Assembly: GCA_958009085.1 (NCBI GenBank)
Contig: OY253673.1
Location: 434,001 to 498,000, forward strand
Direction: 5' to 3'
Source of the DNA: Protoeuglena noctilucae
Taxonomy: Eukaryota
Length of the DNA stretch: 64,000 nucleotides
Made by a program: the position numbers and the translations under genes. The notes below the pieces were generated by a model. That model did no database searches and was not told the DNA's origin. It worked only from the letters and a program-made list of their open reading frames with translations. Of the stretch, positions 63,478-64,000 are shown piece by piece. The number at the start of each line of letters is the position of its first letter. The first letter of the stretch is position 1.

Positions 63478-64000
63478 CCTGCTTCCCTCCGCCCTACGAA
63501 GGGTTGGCGAATAGCCGCTCGGTCGCGCCCCAATAGCGCCGTTCGCCCCGCGTGCGGGCCGAAGTTGCTTCTGTCCTTCCGACTGCAGGGCGGGCGGGGG
63601 CGACGGGGCTTCGCGGGACGGCACACCACTTTTGGAGGTGGCACCTCAGACCCGCCGTCGCCTCGGCGCGAGTCCCGGCGGGCCGAGCTCGCGGCGTGTA
63701 CCTCGGTCGCAAAGCATACTATCGCGCAAGGCGGGTCGCGCGCCGGGGCGACGCTCGACGAAACGCCTTTTCGGCCCGACGAGCGCGCGGGAGGCGCGAC
63801 GACGGCCACGTGCCACCCACTCACCCGACTGAGACGAGCTGAGAGCGGGCGAGACGCGCGTTCGCCGGGCTGCGAGCTGGGGGCGCCTGGAGGGCGGTAG
63901 CTGAGACGGGGCGCGGTTTCTAAGGGCCAGCAGGCACCCTCAAGTGCAATACGCTGGCTGCAGACGATGTGAGGTGGGGGGCGGCCTCGGGAAGGCCTTG

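Noticed and set aside
1..64000. Hundreds of long overlapping ORFs, e.g. 23208-25577 (+), 35242-37371 (+), 37453-39297 (-), 39683-42565 (+)
   Set aside because: They are Arg/Pro/Gly-rich shadow frames expected at this GC content, and they overlap recognisable genes in another frame or strand.
1..64000. Chlorophyte TGTAA polyadenylation signals
   Set aside because: I did not find them consistently downstream of stop codons by eye, so I annotated none.

Overview
GC-rich (visually about 70%), gene-dense eukaryotic nuclear DNA with short spliceosomal introns (mostly 70-200 nt). The gene content (plastid-type RelA/SpoT homologue, DUF1499, CGF/NicO, HESO1/MUT68-like TUTase, cilia genes TTC12 and CCDC148) fits a flagellated green alga. 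About 22 spliced protein-coding genes were reconstructed by hand, including BRCA2, a bZIP factor, signal peptide peptidase, PAF1, CCT8, SANBR/KIAA1841-like, RlmN-like, NAXD, TTM3 and transaldolase. I saw no RNA genes, transposons or CRISPR arrays. Most long ORFs in the six-frame track are GC-bias shadows. Main highlights: (1) a spliced CDC26/APC12 micro-gene, not called as such in the ORF track, ends 7 nt before the TTM3 start codon, matching the plant CDC26-TTM3 bicistron; (2) about ten GC-AG introns, three of them consecutive in PAF1; (3) a synthetase-only RSH with a Cys-rich insert; (4) a BRCA2 with an unexplained N-terminal domain; (5) a TUTase with repeated acidic-[FY]PxL motifs. All family calls come from motif recognition, not database searches.
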